A stretch of 64,000 nt of DNA, taken from the NCBI GenBank assembly GCA_963826785.1, contig CAWGYD010000004.1:224001-288000 (forward strand), given 5' to 3'. This DNA is from an uncultured delta proteobacterium. GTDB taxonomy: Bacteria > Desulfobacterota > Desulfobacteria > Desulfobacterales > Desulfosalsimonadaceae. Shown here in pieces: positions 11,904 to 20,937 of this stretch. Position 1 is the first letter of the stretch. Every line of letters starts with the position of its first letter. A model generated the notes under the pieces. The model saw nothing but the letters and a program-made list of their open reading frames with translations. It did no database searches and was not told the origin of the DNA. A program made the position numbers and the translations under genes.

Positions 11904-11905
11904 AA

Positions 11906-12667
11906 ATGCGCCCAGCCAAACGTTTGAAGATGAATCTGCCGGCCCTGGTCCTCATGATAACGGCTGTATGGCCGTCCCCCGTATCCGATGCCCTTCCGGC
12001 CCAATCCGGCCGGCAATGTGTAATCCTGCTGCACGGACTGGCCCGCACCGAAAAATCGATGGACGAAATGGCCGTCCGGCTGAGGGGGGAAGGCTATTTC
12101 GTCTTAAACAAAAAATATCCCTCCCGCACGCAGACCATCGAGGAACTGGCCGAAACCGTGATCCCGGAAGCGCTTTTGGCCTGCCGCACCCGGGGAGCCG
12201 AAAAAATCCACTTTGTCACCCACTCCATGGGCGGGATCCTGGTCCGCTGCTATTTAAAATACCACCGGATTTCCGAACTGGGCCGGGTGGTGATGCTCAG
12301 CCCGCCCAACCAGGGAAGCGAAGTGGTGGACAAGCTGGGGAGGTTCTATTTTTTTAAACGGTTTAACGGCCCTGCCGGCGCTCAGCTTTCCACCGCTTCC
12401 GACAGCCTCCCCATGCGCCTGGGTCCGGTGGATTTCGACCTGGGCGTCATCACCGGCGACCGCTCCGTCAACCTGATCCTGTCCCTGCTGATCCCCGGTC
12501 CCGATGACGGAAAAGTGTCGGTCAAACGCGCCCGGGTGGAAGGCATGCGCGATTTCATGGTTGTCCACGCCACCCATCCCTTCATCATGAGAAACGAAAC
12601 GGTTATCGGCCAGACGATTAATTACCTGAAAAAAGGCGCATTCCGGCACAATTTGAATACGGAATGA
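11906..12667 (+). CDS. Secreted alpha/beta hydrolase (lipase/esterase-like)
   Basis: Signal-like N-terminus, LLHGL, THSMGG, PPNQGS, DDGKV, ATHPFIM. Confidence 0.85.
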   Translation: MRPAKRLKMNLPALVLMITAVWPSPVSDALPAQSGRQCVILLHGLARTEKSMDEMAVRLRGEGYFVLNKKYPSRTQTIEELAETVIPEALLACRTRGAEKIHFVTHSMGGILVRCYLKYHRISELGRVVMLSPPNQGSEVVDKLGRFYFFKRFNGPAGAQLSTASDSLPMRLGPVDFDLGVITGDRSVNLILSLLIPGPDDGKVSVKRARVEGMRDFMVVHATHPFIMRNETVIGQTINYLKKGAFRHNLNTE

Positions 12668-12693
12668 CCCGATTGATATCCGTTTAATTCTGG

Positions 12694-13440
12694 AATTATG
12701 GGGACACAATACTTTAAATTCCATTGATCCTGCCATGTTCATTGACATGGCACGTATGGCGAGATTGGTAGCAGTCGGTTATCCCCATCACATTACGCAA
12801 CGGTGAAATCGAAGGCGGCAGGCCTTCTTTAATGATGGCGACTATCAGGCCTAAATTGATTTAATGGCGGAATGGTGTGGCCGTTGTGAAGTTGAAATAT
12901 TGGGTTTCTGCCTGATGCCAAATCATATCCATCTGATCGCCGTTCCAACCAAGACTGATAATTTGAGAACCGCCATCGGCGAACTGCATCGTCGTTATTC
13001 ACGCATGATTAATTTTCGGAAGGGATGGCGGGGGTATTTATGGCAAGGCCGCTTTTCATCTTTTATCATGGATGAAAGATATTTACTGGTAGCGGTTCGC
13101 TTTATTGAGCTTAATTCGGTCAGGGCAAGGCTGTTAACCGATCCAGGAGATTAGAAATGGAGTAGTTGCAGTGCCCATTTGGCAGGAAAAGATGACAAAC
13201 TCGTAAAGGTCGCTCCATTGTTGGGCATGATTCATTCTTGGTCTGATTTCGTTAAGACGCCTGTTACCGAGACTGAAATGGAGGGCATCAGCAAACACGA
13301 GCGAACCGGCCGACCGCTTGGCAGCGATCATTTTATTGATATACTTGAAACCACGACCGGACTTATGCTTCGAAAGAAGAAAACCGGCCCTAATGGACCA
13401 ACAAAGAATATACAATAATTTAGTATTATGCCCCTAAAAT
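12694..13440. mobile_element. RAYT element bounded by imperfect inverted ends
   Basis: Left AATTATGGGGACACAATACTTTAAATT (12694-12720); right end reverse-complements to ATTTTAGGGGCATAATACTAAATT (13417-13440). Confidence 0.6.
12747..13418 (+). pseudogene. REP-associated tyrosine transposase (RAYT, IS200/Y1 superfamily) pseudogene
   Basis: MARMARLVAVGYPHHITQR*NRR, HUH motif MPNHIHL, LWQGRF, WSS, HERTGRPLG; three in-frame stops (TGA, TAA, TAG); usual YIELNP reads FIELNS. Confidence 0.88.
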
Positions 13441-13486
13441 AGAGCCCAAAATAACTCAGAATTCATAGCCGGGATTCTGGGGAAAT

Positions 13487-13717
13487 TTATGAATTTAAAA
13501 ATTCGTCCGGTTCAATTCCGGCTTGTTTGAGAACAGCATTTAACGTCCCCTCAGGCATATCGCCGGGATGATGAGGGATTGTTGTATACCGGTTTATCTG
13601 TGCATTGTACCAGATTTCATGACTGCCGGCTGCCTGACGATCAAAAGTAAATCCAAATTTTTTCAACCTCTTTATGATCTCCCGATATCGAAAACCGCCC
13701 AGGCGTCCCATGGTCAA
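13487..13717 (-). CDS. hicA: HicA-family mRNA interferase toxin
   Basis: LKKFGF...RQAAGSHEIW...TTIPHHPGDMPEGTLNAVLKQAGI. Confidence 0.92.
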   Translation of the reverse strand: MTMGRLGGFRYREIIKRLKKFGFTFDRQAAGSHEIWYNAQINRYTTIPHHPGDMPEGTLNAVLKQAGIEPDEFLNS

Positions 13718-13944
13718 GCGTTTACAATGAGAGGGTAGTCAAATGAATCATCCAGAGCGGATAATTTGATGTTCCCCGAACGTTCAACCTGGGCCTCAAT
13801 CAGCTTCCGAGCAACATCTCTTGCGATCTCCAAAGTTTCAGTAATGGTACGGCCTTGGGCGACAAGCCCCTGCACGTCTTCAGAGGTTGCCAAATAAATG
13901 TCTTCTGATAATTTTTCAATATGTAAGTTAATGATTTTTTCCAT
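13714..13944 (-). CDS. hicB: Short HicB-like antitoxin (DUF1902-like)
   Basis: YLATSEDVQGLVAQGRTITETLEIARDVAR; overlaps the hicA start. Confidence 0.82.
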   Translation of the reverse strand: MEKIINLHIEKLSEDIYLATSEDVQGLVAQGRTITETLEIARDVARKLIEAQVERSGNIKLSALDDSFDYPLIVNA

Positions 13945-13970
13945 GTCGCTATCCTGTTCTGTTTTAAGAG

Positions 13971-14009
13971 TGCTTTAGCCAAACTTAGCAATTGTTTTGG
14001 CTTAAAGCA
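13971..14009. promoter_or_regulatory. Imperfect inverted repeat upstream of hicB, possible operator
   Basis: TGCTTTAGCCAAAC...GTTTTGGCTTAAAGCA. Confidence 0.35.
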
Positions 14010-14372
14010 AGATGGCTTTGTGGTGCGTTTGGGGTAGGGATGGTCATGAATAAAAGCGTTAATCCGGCTCTTTGAGTGGAATTCCGGGGACAGTATATGC
14101 GTTATTTGTCAATTTGTTTTCACCAAGGAAGCGGGCGCAATAAAGGGCGGAAACTGTTCTCCTATTTGAGATGAGACTTCCATGTGCTTTGTAATGGGTC
14201 ATGCATCACCACCATCCGGCCCGGCCATTGATTAGCGGCCCGGTAATTTAAGACCTGTAAAATTCATTAATGGATTTTGACCCGGGAAGGTTGTTTCAGG
14301 CGGATGATCAAAAGGCCGTAATGCCGCTCGTCTCTATACTCGGCAAAAACCTTATCCGTCGAGAGGAAGAGA

Positions 14373-14792
14373 TTATCGCGAAAACGACGGTCTTGTTGTC
14401 GCATCCAATTTCAGGCTCAAACCCCTCCAATCCAGAATTTTCTGGTCCGCGGTGGCCAATGTAGATGAAGATTGGAGTGCTGTGGCAACGATCAAGCGGT
14501 CTGCCGGGTCCCCGTGAAAATCCCGCAATTCAGCTGCCCTGACCGCAATGGCACCATCTACGGGTATTTCGAATAAGCCGTTTTCAATCAATTCCCTGCG
14601 CCAGACATCCATTTCCAAATGCATGGCCAGTCTCTTTTTTTGAACGAGCATGGAAATTTCCCAGAAACTGATGGCAGAAACCGCAAGATTGCCGGCGGCA
14701 AATTCCTCATTGATGAATCGCAATGCTTTTTGGCCCAAACGGGCATTGCCCTCGTCCAACCAGACCAGAACATGTGTATCCAGAAGCATCAT
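14373..14792 (-). CDS. vapC: VapC/PIN-domain toxin
   Basis: LLDTHVLVW, SAISFWEI, HGDPADRLIVATA, LATAD. Confidence 0.93.
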   Translation of the reverse strand: MMLLDTHVLVWLDEGNARLGQKALRFINEEFAAGNLAVSAISFWEISMLVQKKRLAMHLEMDVWRRELIENGLFEIPVDGAIAVRAAELRDFHGDPADRLIVATALQSSSTLATADQKILDWRGLSLKLDATTRPSFSR

Positions 14793-15016
14793 TGTTCAGC
14801 GTCCCATGTGATATCAAGCTGGTCGATCAGATCATCATGGCTTTGTATCCTGCCCTGGTGCAGCCCGAACAGGCTTTTGGGACGCGATTTATAGGGGACG
14901 AGCTTTGAAATAGGCTTGCCGTTTTTCAGAATCACGATTTCTTCACCGGTCTGGTTGACCTCTTCCATTAATTTAAGGCACTTGGCTTTAAATACAGATG
15001 CGTTTATGGTTTGCAT
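14789..15016 (-). CDS. Phd/YefM-family antitoxin
   Basis: INASVFKAKCLKLMEEV...IVILKNGKPISKLVP; 4-nt overlap with vapC. Confidence 0.92.
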   Translation of the reverse strand: MQTINASVFKAKCLKLMEEVNQTGEEIVILKNGKPISKLVPYKSRPKSLFGLHQGRIQSHDDLIDQLDITWDAEQ

Positions 15017-15039
15017 ATTCAGACTCCTTATGGCTTATC

Positions 15040-15051
15040 TGACTATAGTCA
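15040..15051. promoter_or_regulatory. Palindromic operator upstream of phd-vapC
   Basis: Perfect palindrome TGACTATAGTCA about 25 nt upstream of the antitoxin ATG, with a related half site TGACCA next to it. Confidence 0.55.
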
Positions 15052-15292
15052 TTTCCATGGTCAATATCAACGGAAAAGTGCAATACATCTAAAATAATTC
15101 AGGCGGAAAGATGTGCCCTTTTGATAATAAAGGGGCATGACGGATGCACTATTTTGGCCACTTCTGTCTTCTAAAAGATACATTCTCTCCTTTTTTCATC
15201 ATCAGCAAATGACTTCCCATTTTGATTATTTTATTCCAATATCAAACATTTATATCTAAAAGACAACCCGCCCGATGCATTTTTTTCTTGAC

Positions 15293-15308
15293 TGGCATAT
15301 GAAATGCT
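15293..15308 (+). promoter_or_regulatory. Sigma54 -24/-12 promoter
   Basis: TGGCATATGAAATGCT has exact GG-N10-GC spacing, about 95 nt upstream of the cytochrome ATG. Confidence 0.7.
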
Positions 15309-15401
15309 ATAAATTGCACCACTGTGTGGTAGTACCACGAAGTGGCAGTTTGAATTCCAAGCTGCGGCACCTTTCCAAAAAGTCTAAAACAGACGGAGCA
15401 A

Positions 15402-17825
15402 ATGATGAAAAATTTTATTTTCACCATAGCAGCAATCCTTCTATTCGCCGGGTGTGTCCATGCAGGATCCAGGGAGACTGACCTGACGGTAACACCCGAT
15501 CCCGTGTCCGTGGGCCAGCAGGTCCATTTCACCTGTAATTCCAACGGAGGCTGGAAAAAGGGCCAGTTCGAAACGGCTCAGATCACCATCCGGGATGCAG
15601 CCAATCGCATCATTGTCAACAGGGCCGATATGGCGGTAAGCGGTACATCCGCATCATATGATTTAACCCTCGATTCCGGCGCCGTTACCGGCACCTGGCA
15701 GTTTCAGTGCTTTCTCAGTGACGGCCCCCATTCGCAAACCCGGTCCGGTTCTTTTACGGTCGTGGCGTCCGAGGACCCGGTCAACCACGCGCCGTCGGTC
15801 GATGCAGGCGGGCCGTACAACGGCACACCGGGCCAGGCGGTCAGCTTCGACGGTTCGGGCAGCAGTGATCCGGACGGTGATGCATTGACCTATCACTGGA
15901 CCTTCGGTGACGGGGGATCGGCAAACGGTCCCACTCCCAGCCATGCGTATGCGGCGGCCGGAACCTACGCCGTGACCTTGAGTGTCAGTGACGGGAAGGG
16001 CGGCACGGATTCCAGCCAGACCCGTGCGGACATTGCCGCCATTGCCGTCAACCATCTGCCGGTGGCCGTTTCCGGCGGTCCCTACAGCGGCATGGAGAAT
16101 CTCGCCATTCAATTCGATGGCTCCTTTTCGAGTGATCCGGACGGCGATCCGATGACCTTTGCCTGGGATTTCGGCGACGGGGGATCGGCAAACGGCCCCA
16201 CTCCCAGCCATACATACGCCGCACCCGGGACCTACACGGTCATCCTGACCGTCAACGACGGGAAAGGGGGGACGGATTCCCATCAGACGAGTGCCGCCAT
16301 AACTGCCTCGGGCGGGGATGACGGCCTGGCCGCGCATCTGTCCATTCAGGCGTACAACGGACCGTCCACCTGCATCACCTGCCACCCCGCCGAAGCGCAG
16401 GAAATGCTCGACAGCCTGCACATGCAGTGGGCCGGTCCCACCCCCGAGCTTTCCAACACCAATGGCGGGGAAAAAGGCAAGGGCGTGGACGGCATCAACA
16501 CCTTCTGCACCTATGCCATGTCGTCCAAGAGCGCCTGCTTCACCTGCCATGTCCGCTCCGACGGCAATGCTTCCCATGCCCCGGATGTAAATGATGTGGA
16601 CTGCCTGATGTGCCACAATGACACCTACCAGCGAAAATTCGTGCTCGATCCCATGAATTCGGAAACCGTGGTCAACGTGCTCGGCGAAACCAAGACCTAC
16701 ATGTTCGGCAAAGTCGATTCATATGGGGACTACCTGACCGAACCCGACTTTTCCGCCATGCCGGCGGGGACCACCATGGTGGGTCTTGCCCAAAACGTCC
16801 ACCTGCCCACCCGGCAGTCCTGCCTTCGCTGCCATGCCAAGGCCGGCGGCGGGGACTGGACCAAGCGGGGCGACATGGGGGTCAATTCCGCCAGCCCGAC
16901 CCTGGCCCAGGATGTGCACATGAGTCCGGCCGGGGCGAACCTGTCCTGCGCGGACTGCCATTCCGCCGGCAATCACAAGATCGGCGGCCGGGGGATCGAT
17001 CTTCGGGAAACCGAGGCCCCGGACCCGGCGTGCAGCAACTGCCATTCCTCATCCCCCCATTCCAGTTCCACCTTGAACCGCCATGCCAGCGGCCAGGTGG
17101 CCTGCCAGGTGTGCCACATCCTCGAGTTCGCGAAGGGCGGCGCCACCGAGATGTCCCGGGACTTCCGGGAACCGCACTGGAATGCCGGTTTTTGCAATGG
17201 CCAGGGTGGGTTTGTGGGCCATGAGATCAAATCCGGAAATGAAAAGCCGGATTACCGGTGGTTTGACGGCACCTCCTATGTGTACAACGTGGGGGACGCC
17301 ATTTCACCCAATGCAGACGGCACCTACACCATGGCCAGGGCCAACGGAAAGATATTTGACGGCAATTCCAAAATCGTCCCCATCAAGGACCACTGGTCCG
17401 TGATGCCGCTGAGCGATTCGGGCAAGATCGTTGCGCCGAAAATCATGACCATGTTCATGACGGGCGACTACGACAAGGCGGTACAGGACGGTATGAAGGA
17501 GCAGAACATGACGGGCGGCTACACCATGGTCCATGCCGATGCCGAAATGCTGATCACCCACGGTGTTGAACCCAAATCGAACGCCCCGTCGTGCAGCACC
17601 TGCCATGACAACACCGGAAATTCCAACCGGATGATCCCGTTTGGCGATCTGGGTTATCACAACGTGCCGGATGCGGTCCAAAACTGCACCCGGTGCCATG
17701 AACGGCACGATGGCAGCTGGCAGTCCGTGCATGACCGGCATGTGGGGTCCATGCATCTGGATTGCACCTACTGCCACATCGATCCCGCCACCGGCACCGT
17801 CAAGCCGGCCATCCATGACGACTGA
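15402..17825 (+). CDS. Exported decaheme cytochrome c: Ig-like + 2 PKD + octaheme tetrathionate reductase-like core + 2 extra hemes
   Basis: Signal with possible lipobox (FAGC); two PKD repeats (DPDGD...WxFGDG...HxY...GTY); 10 CxxCH; OTR-like INTFC, PTRQSCLRCH, GGGD.TKRGD, DVHM, LNRH...VACQVCHI. Confidence 0.88.
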   Translation: MMKNFIFTIAAILLFAGCVHAGSRETDLTVTPDPVSVGQQVHFTCNSNGGWKKGQFETAQITIRDAANRIIVNRADMAVSGTSASYDLTLDSGAVTGTWQFQCFLSDGPHSQTRSGSFTVVASEDPVNHAPSVDAGGPYNGTPGQAVSFDGSGSSDPDGDALTYHWTFGDGGSANGPTPSHAYAAAGTYAVTLSVSDGKGGTDSSQTRADIAAIAVNHLPVAVSGGPYSGMENLAIQFDGSFSSDPDGDPMTFAWDFGDGGSANGPTPSHTYAAPGTYTVILTVNDGKGGTDSHQTSAAITASGGDDGLAAHLSIQAYNGPSTCITCHPAEAQEMLDSLHMQWAGPTPELSNTNGGEKGKGVDGINTFCTYAMSSKSACFTCHVRSDGNASHAPDVNDVDCLMCHNDTYQRKFVLDPMNSETVVNVLGETKTYMFGKVDSYGDYLTEPDFSAMPAGTTMVGLAQNVHLPTRQSCLRCHAKAGGGDWTKRGDMGVNSASPTLAQDVHMSPAGANLSCADCHSAGNHKIGGRGIDLRETEAPDPACSNCHSSSPHSSSTLNRHASGQVACQVCHILEFAKGGATEMSRDFREPHWNAGFCNGQGGFVGHEIKSGNEKPDYRWFDGTSYVYNVGDAISPNADGTYTMARANGKIFDGNSKIVPIKDHWSVMPLSDSGKIVAPKIMTMFMTGDYDKAVQDGMKEQNMTGGYTMVHADAEMLITHGVEPKSNAPSCSTCHDNTGNSNRMIPFGDLGYHNVPDAVQNCTRCHERHDGSWQSVHDRHVGSMHLDCTYCHIDPATGTVKPAIHDD
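15780..16305 (+). repeat. Tandem PKD-domain duplication, period 267 nt
   Basis: TTCGGYGACGGGGGATCGGCAAACGGYCCCACTCCCAGCCAT recurs at 15903 and 16170. Confidence 0.85.
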
Positions 17826-17856
17826 TCCGGTGTAGCAAACCACCGGAAGAAAAAAT

Positions 17857-17896
17857 GCAAAACAGGATGCTTCCGCAAGGAGGCATCCTGTTTTGC
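17857..17896. terminator. Strong hairpin after the cytochrome gene
   Basis: GCAAAACAGGATGCTTCC-GCAA-GGAGGCATCCTGTTTTGC. Confidence 0.75.
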
Positions 17897-18040
17897 GTGG
17901 TAACGCCTGATTCCGGCACTGAAATACATTATTCCCATTTGCCAAATGCGGGATTTCCCGTATTTGCGCTTCAAGGAAAGCAAGCTATTGTTTCTCGGAT
18001 AAATCTTAAAAATATCGAAATGTTGTCAAAAGGAGCGGCA

Positions 18041-19009
18041 ATGGCACCTCACCACAATGAAACAGATCATGATATCGACTGCCGGATACTCGGTGAAACG
18101 GGGGAGCAGGTATCGGCCATCGGCGTGGGCGGATTTCACATCGGGTCGCCGAAGGTGGACGAACAGCTGGGTATCCGCATCATCCGCAGCGCCATCGATC
18201 AGGGCATCAATTTCATGGACAATTCCTGGGATTACAACGACGGGGTCAGTGAAGCGCGGATGGGAAAGGCGCTGCGCGACGGGTACCGGGAAAAGGCCTT
18301 TCTCATGACCAAGATCGACGGCCGCTCCAAAGCCGAAGCGGCCCGGCAGCTGGAGCAATCCCTGAAGCGGCTTCAAACCGACTGCATCGATCTGGTCCAG
18401 CACCATGAGGTGATCCGGTATGAGGACCCCGACCGCATCTTCGATCCCGACGGCGCCCACGCGGCGCTCCTCGAGGCCAAAAAGGCGGGCAAGCTCCGCT
18501 TCATCGGGTTTACCGGCCATAAAGATCCGCACATCCACCTGTATATGCTCGAAGTGGCCGCCCGGCATGGCGTTAAATTCGATGCCGTCCAGATGCCGCT
18601 AAACGTCATGGATGCGCATTTCAGAAGCTTTGAAAAACGGGTCCTCCCCGAGCTGGTCCGCGACAATATCGGCGTTCTGGGCATGAAATCCATGGGAAAC
18701 GGCATCATCTTGAAATCAGGCGCCGTGACGGCAAAGGAGTGCCTCCAGTACGCATTGAATCTCCCCACCTCGGTGGTGATTACGGGCATCGACAGCATGG
18801 AAATCCTGGACCAGGCCGTTCAGACCGCCCGAACTTTCCGCCCCTTGAGCGATGAGGATGTTAAGAAAATTCTGGATAAGACAAAAGACCTTGCCGCCGA
18901 TGGAAAATTCGAGCTCTTCAAAACCGCCACCGTTTTCGATGCCACCGCGAGAAATCTCCACTGGCTGGGGGAGGAGCCGGCGCATGTCCAGAACCTCTCT
19001 CCGTCATGA
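18041..19009 (+). CDS. Aldo/keto reductase
   Basis: AGGAG RBS; VSAIGVGG, FMDNSWDY, FLMTK, SLKRLQTDCIDL, RFIGFTGH. Confidence 0.9.
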   Translation: MAPHHNETDHDIDCRILGETGEQVSAIGVGGFHIGSPKVDEQLGIRIIRSAIDQGINFMDNSWDYNDGVSEARMGKALRDGYREKAFLMTKIDGRSKAEAARQLEQSLKRLQTDCIDLVQHHEVIRYEDPDRIFDPDGAHAALLEAKKAGKLRFIGFTGHKDPHIHLYMLEVAARHGVKFDAVQMPLNVMDAHFRSFEKRVLPELVRDNIGVLGMKSMGNGIILKSGAVTAKECLQYALNLPTSVVITGIDSMEILDQAVQTARTFRPLSDEDVKKILDKTKDLAADGKFELFKTATVFDATARNLHWLGEEPAHVQNLSPS

Positions 19010-19017
19010 CCGGGATT

Positions 19018-20019
19018 CTATCTGGGAACGGGCCCCAACGGGTTCAATGCGGCTTTGATATTCACCGGTTTTTCGATCTGGTCCTGCTCCAGCATGATTT
19101 TTTCGGTCTGCTGCCAGGCGTCCCCGTCAATGGTGCCGATAACCCCATCCGCGGCCGGGCGGATCATCTCCCGGGTGATGTCCAGCTGCTGCTCCAGGAT
19201 ATCCACCGGGGTATCGGGATCAAACTGCTGCAGGGCCTTGACGGCCTTCTCCCGGTTTTCGGGGGCCAGGGCCTGCCGCCATCCTTCCAGCAGGGCGGAA
19301 AGGAAGCGCCTTGCCAGTTCGGGGTTTTCCGACAGGGTCCTTGATTCGGTGACCACGGAGTTGGCCACAAATTTCACCCCGTAATCCGCCGGGTTGAAAT
19401 AGGCGGTCTGCTCCCCCGCCTGCTGCAGCTGTTCGCTGATGATCGGCCCCTGGGCGTTTCGGTAGACCGGCCACAGCTGGACCCGGTTGCGGTAAAAGGG
19501 CGTGTAATCATAGCGAACGCTGAACAAGGTCACCTGCGAATCCTTGATGTGCCCTTCGGCCAGCAGCGTGCGCATGATAGTTTCATCGTTTCCGCCAAAG
19601 GTGATGCCGATGACTTTTCCCTTCAGGTCTGCAAGATTTTGGATTTGAACCGCTTCCGGTCTGTAGATCCACTGCAGGGGATTGACCTGGAACAGCTGGG
19701 CGATCACCACCACCGGAGAACCCTTGGCCCGGGCCCGGATCACCTGGTCTGCGGAAGCTTCGCCGAAATCCGCGTACCCCAGTTCCAACTCCCGGATGGC
19801 GTCACGCTCCGGGCCGCCCGCCTTGATGGCAACCGACAGGCCGGCCTGATCGAAAATATGGTACACGTCGGCATACAGCGCGCCCGCCACGCTGACGTTG
19901 TAGAGCCATTTCAGCCGGTAGGTGATCTTGTCTCCGGCAAAACCATTTACCGCAGCCAGTGTGATCACCACCGGCGGGATGCAGATGGCCGCGATGATTT
20001 GTTTCAGTCTGTTTTTCAT
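19018..20019 (-). CDS. ABC substrate-binding protein, NMT1/THI5 (NitT/TauT) family
   Basis: Signal peptide, RLKW, IKAGGP, IAQLFQVNP, DLKGKVIG. Confidence 0.82.
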   Translation of the reverse strand: MKNRLKQIIAAICIPPVVITLAAVNGFAGDKITYRLKWLYNVSVAGALYADVYHIFDQAGLSVAIKAGGPERDAIRELELGYADFGEASADQVIRARAKGSPVVVIAQLFQVNPLQWIYRPEAVQIQNLADLKGKVIGITFGGNDETIMRTLLAEGHIKDSQVTLFSVRYDYTPFYRNRVQLWPVYRNAQGPIISEQLQQAGEQTAYFNPADYGVKFVANSVVTESRTLSENPELARRFLSALLEGWRQALAPENREKAVKALQQFDPDTPVDILEQQLDITREMIRPAADGVIGTIDGDAWQQTEKIMLEQDQIEKPVNIKAALNPLGPVPR

Positions 20020-20181
20020 TTTCTCATCCCTTTTCTTCATTCAGGCGCCTGAACGCAAAACGCGGGACAAGGGCCAAAATTTGCGCCTCTGGTTTATTCC
20101 AGGTTTTCGACCCCGCCGCGAATTTTTTTCGCAAGAAACTCGCGTGGCCCACCGGCATGTCGCCTCCATTGCACAAAACTT

Positions 20182-20937
20182 CTATGCACTGCTTCCGGTC
20201 CATGTTTTTTTTACGGCTGCGCCGCCCATCTCCAGCAGTCCCTGGTAGACGGCCAGGGTGATGCCGATGAGAAACAGGGCAATCAGGATTTTGGACAGAT
20301 CGCTCTGGTACAGGGCGATGCGGATGGAATACCCGATGCCGGCGTTGGCGGCGATGAATTCGGCCACGATGGTCCCGGCCATGGCCAAAGTGGCGCTGCC
20401 GGAAATGACCGTGGTCAGCTGGCCCAGATTCTCGAAGGCCCGGATCTTGACCTCCAGCTGCCACCGCATCCGGCCGGTGGCCCGGTAGAAATGCTCGATA
20501 TCGTCGATGGGCTTGGACATGATCCCCAGAACGGAAAGCAGCACCGGAAAGTAGCAGATCATGGCCGCGATCAGCAGCCGGGTGAGAAATCCGTCGCCCA
20601 AAAGGATAAACAGGATCGGGGCCAGCGCCACGATGGGATAGGCCTGGATGTTGTAGGCGGCCACCTTGATAAAGGAGCCGAACCAGGTGGACCGGCGTCC
20701 GGCAATGCCGATGGCAAAGGCCAGGATCACCGACAGAACCTGTCCGACAATGGCCACGGTCAGGGTGTTCAATGTATCCAGGCTGTACCGGTGGGATTCG
20801 GCCTTCAGGGTGTGGTAGATGTCGGACGGGGCCGGTATGACGTAATCGGACAGCTGCAACCCGTATTTAACCAGCATCAGCCCACAGATAAACAGCAGGT
20901 AGATAATGAAAAACTGGATGATTCGTTTATGCAGCAT
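20182..20937 (-). CDS. NitT/TauT-family ABC permease
   Basis: YVIPAPS, YPIVALAP, IVAEFIAANAGIG. Confidence 0.85.
   Translation of the reverse strand: MLHKRIIQFFIIYLLFICGLMLVKYGLQLSDYVIPAPSDIYHTLKAESHRYSLDTLNTLTVAIVGQVLSVILAFAIGIAGRRSTWFGSFIKVAAYNIQAYPIVALAPILFILLGDGFLTRLLIAAMICYFPVLLSVLGIMSKPIDDIEHFYRATGRMRWQLEVKIRAFENLGQLTTVISGSATLAMAGTIVAEFIAANAGIGYSIRIALYQSDLSKILIALFLIGITLAVYQGLLEMGGAAVKKTWTGSSA

Noticed and set aside
12747..13418. Sec/Pyl readthrough of the stops in the RAYT gene
   Set aside because: Three different stop types at non-Cys positions, plus an altered catalytic motif, fit ordinary decay.
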